From: Candidatus Poseidoniales archaeon
Lineage (GTDB): Archaea > Thermoplasmatota > Poseidoniia > Poseidoniales > Poseidoniaceae
DNA: 64,000 nucleotides
Assembly (NCBI GenBank): GCA_003602475.1
Contig: QQSC01000043.1
Location: 20,984 to 84,983 of the forward strand
Direction: 5' to 3'
Under the pieces are notes generated by a model. That model made no database searches and was not told where the DNA came from. It was given only the letters and a program-made list of their open reading frames with translations. Each line of letters opens with the position of its first letter. Position 1 is the first letter of the stretch. The translations under genes and the position numbers were made by a program. Shown piece after piece: positions 63,801 through 64,000 of the stretch.

Positions 63801-64000
63801 GGATTTGAATGTTCAATTGGAATGTTCACCTTATGAATACCGGAGATTCTCCCGAACATCCCTGTTTCTGGGGTGCTATGGATGATGCAATTCAACCGGC
63901 CAAACCACGAGGTTGAGTTATGAAAAAACAGTCGTTTATAACCTGATTTTTCACCTCCAAACCATGCGCAACCCGTTCATGATGCTCACCGACTGGAGCG

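Noticed and set aside
63964-64000. A possible start of another + strand CDS (ATGCGCAACCCGTTCATGATGCTCACC...) at the window edge.
   Set aside because: Only 12 codons are visible, which is too little sequence to support a call.

Overview
This is a densely coding archaeal chromosomal segment. The archaeal call rests on the conserved L7Ae-S28e-L24e-Ndk-aIF5B gene string, deoxyhypusine synthase, a Gar1-like protein and a geranylgeranyl-reductase-family gene. The mix of very large surface proteins and aerobic heterotroph metabolism suggests a marine Thermoplasmatota (MGII/MGIII-like) lineage; that is inference only. About 50 CDS and one tRNA-Ile(GAU) are supported. They cover TCA and energy genes (sdhAB, aconitase, 2-oxoacid:ferredoxin oxidoreductase), a leucine-catabolism carboxylase cluster with a split alpha subunit, and UbiA/UbiD/GGR/CcmF-like genes. 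Also present are a P1B metal ATPase with an ArsR regulator, uvrB, prs, dhs, two PPIases and several giant secreted or anchored proteins. I found no rRNA, CRISPR array, transposase, integrase or recognisable defence system. The most unusual item is a Gar1-like beta-barrel fused to three exact RanBP2-type zinc fingers and long RGG/GAR tracts (7103-8401), a eukaryote-like RNA-binding architecture. Other points worth a second look are listed here.
- A zinc-ribbon / ~600-aa coiled-coil / surface-protein gene string.
- A SegAB-like ParA + ribbon-helix-helix locus.
- A 412-bp A+T-rich non-coding island with repeated CAATTG-containing words.
- An FKBP-SAP fusion.
- A Cys/His insert in aIF5B.
All family assignments come from motifs read by eye. 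No database search was run.
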